64,000 bases of DNA from contig CBDETY010000003.1 in the NCBI GenBank assembly GCA_965243025.1, positions 4,000,001 to 4,064,000 on the forward strand, read 5' to 3'. The stretch's first letter is position 1, and each line of letters begins with the position of its first letter. This document shows positions 62,478 through 64,000 of this stretch, piece by piece. The notes beneath the pieces were generated by a model. The model did not search any database and was not told where the DNA came from. It saw only the letters and a list, made by a program, of their open reading frames with translations. Source of the DNA: Candidatus Latescibacterota bacterium (GTDB lineage Bacteria > Latescibacterota > UBA2968 > UBA8231). A program made the position numbers and the translations under genes.

Positions 62478-64000
62478 CTAGCCCGAAATCCCGTCCCGGA
62501 TCAGGGCCAGAAACTCCGGATCGTCGCGAACCGGATCGAACACGGCCGCCTCGAACCACCGCTTCGCCCCCCCGAAGTAGATCCATTTCTTCATTGCCGG
62601 TTTCGGAGAGCGGTGCATACGGCGGATTGCTTCGAGGGCACCGGCTTTGTCCCTCTTCCCCATGTAGCCGCACGCCAGGGCCATATGCAGATTTCCGTTG
62701 TCCTCGGCTGTCAGCGCCTTTTCCGTGAACTCGATGGCTTCGTCGAAGAGCCCGATCCGGTGCAGCGGCCCGGCGAGGTTGCCGTTGGCGTATCCGTAGA
62801 ACTTCCGGTATTCGGCCTTCGCCGCATCATCGGGCGCCTCACGCCATTCCTTCTCGTACTCGTTCGCGTTCTCTCTGGCCGACTGGACCCCGGCATCAAC
62901 GGCCGATTCATCCCCGGATTCATGATGGCTTTTGATCGAGTACGCCAGAATATGGGCGATCCACCAGCGCCGCTGAACGGGATCCTCGACTTCCTCGCTC
63001 TCCAGTCGGCGCAGGAAGACCTGCCCGGTCTCGATCGCCTTCCGATGCTCACCCATCCTGCCGAGCAACGACATACGATCTCGATGGTAGATGTAGTGAT
63101 CGATTGAGAGAGGCAGGCCCAACTCCGGCGACAGGGCCTCGGTCTCGGACAGCCACAAGTCCCCCTGGCCGACGTTGAAGTAGATTTCCAGCCGAGCCGC
63201 GAAATAGGTCCTCAAACGGTCTTTCGGCTCCATACCGTCGATGGCGAGGGCCTTGCGGTGGAGATCGAATGCCAGGCGATCGTCGATTCCCCGGTAGCTC
63301 CAGGAGGCCTGCTCAAGGGCGCGGAACGCCTTCCCGGCGTCGTCTGTCGACTCCCCGAAAACCCGGAGCACCCGTCCTCTATCGCCACGCCGGTTGAGGC
63401 GGCTGTACAAACCGGCCAGGTTCCACGCCGTCTCCTCGTCCCGGGCGCCAAGGCGAAACGCCTCCTCGTGCGCAGCCAGCGCCTCCTGCAGGAGCTTGTT
63501 GTCGATATCCTCCACCTGACCGCGCATCATGGCGTGCACCTCCCCTTCCAGGGCCCGGGCAAGGCCCCGCTGGGCATCCGGATTCTCGCGGACCGTGGAA
63601 GTCACCTTGCGGAACTGGGCCTTGGCCTCGGTCCACCGCTGCTCTTCGAGAAGCGCCCGGCCGCGCTCGAGCGCGGTCCGGATCACCTCGTCGGTAAACC
63701 CATCGAGCAGCTTCCCGCCTCCCAGGGTTTCCTCGACCATGTTCAGCATCTCCTTTCTCAAATGATTGCGGGCCCGGTAGAGCCGCTGGTTCACCGCCTG
63801 CGGCGCCAGGTCCAGGAACGCGGCGATTTCCTTCTGGGACAGGCCCTCCAGGTAGAACAGGGTGATCAGCTGCTGCTGCTCCTCGCCGAGGGTTCCGAGA
63901 GCGGTGAGCACCGCGCGCCGGCCCTCGGCCGCGATCGCCGCCTCCTCCGGCGATTCTGCGGGCGATACCAAGGTTTTCTCGACCGACTCGGGCAGCGGCT
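62478..64000 (-). CDS. ECF sigma factor with a C-terminal TPR-like extension (5' end outside the window)
   Basis: Region 4 LFYLEGLSQKEIAAFLDL..QAVNQRLYRARNHL, followed by TPR-like helices. The frame stays open to the window end. Confidence 0.85.
   Translation of the reverse strand, partial: PLPESVEKTLVSPAESPEEAAIAAEGRRAVLTALGTLGEEQQQLITLFYLEGLSQKEIAAFLDLAPQAVNQRLYRARNHLRKEMLNMVEETLGGGKLLDGFTDEVIRTALERGRALLEEQRWTEAKAQFRKVTSTVRENPDAQRGLARALEGEVHAMMRGQVEDIDNKLLQEALAAHEEAFRLGARDEETAWNLAGLYSRLNRRGDRGRVLRVFGESTDDAGKAFRALEQASWSYRGIDDRLAFDLHRKALAIDGMEPKDRLRTYFAARLEIYFNVGQGDLWLSETEALSPELGLPLSIDHYIYHRDRMSLLGRMGEHRKAIETGQVFLRRLESEEVEDPVQRRWWIAHILAYSIKSHHESGDESAVDAGVQSARENANEYEKEWREAPDDAAKAEYRKFYGYANGNLAGPLHRIGLFDEAIEFTEKALTAEDNGNLHMALACGYMGKRDKAGALEAIRRMHRSPKPAMKKWIYFGGAKRWFEAAVFDPVRDDPEFLALIRDGISG

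Overview
High-GC bacterial DNA (roughly 65-70% by eye). The gene content (three PhyH-family dioxygenases, DUF4159, DUF5916, DUF4091, an extended ECF sigma factor, a PQQ-propeller/ankyrin fusion) resembles uncultured marine or sponge-associated FCB/PVC-type bacteria, which is an inference only. The window is mostly catabolic and transport genes: AcuI-like reductase, kbl, MlrC peptidase, a sugar ABC/enolase/GH127-like operon, a Co-type nitrile hydratase and ABC exporters. Two lower-GC defence regions interrupt them. Region 1 (24.3-30.2 kb) holds an AAA/DUF4143 gene translationally coupled to a NACHT/STAND ATPase with a C-terminal PD-(D/E)XK-like nuclease, preceded by a nested palindromic operator and a HicBA pair. 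Region 2 (43.6-58.2 kb) is a type I R-M locus with a Schlafen/AlbA_2-HATPase-beta-sandwich gene between hsdM and hsdS, two IS elements stacked at one CTAG site, HigB/HigA-IrrE, a PIN protein and several gene remnants. No rRNA, tRNA, CRISPR array or integrase was recognised. All family calls come from motif recognition by eye, not from database searches.
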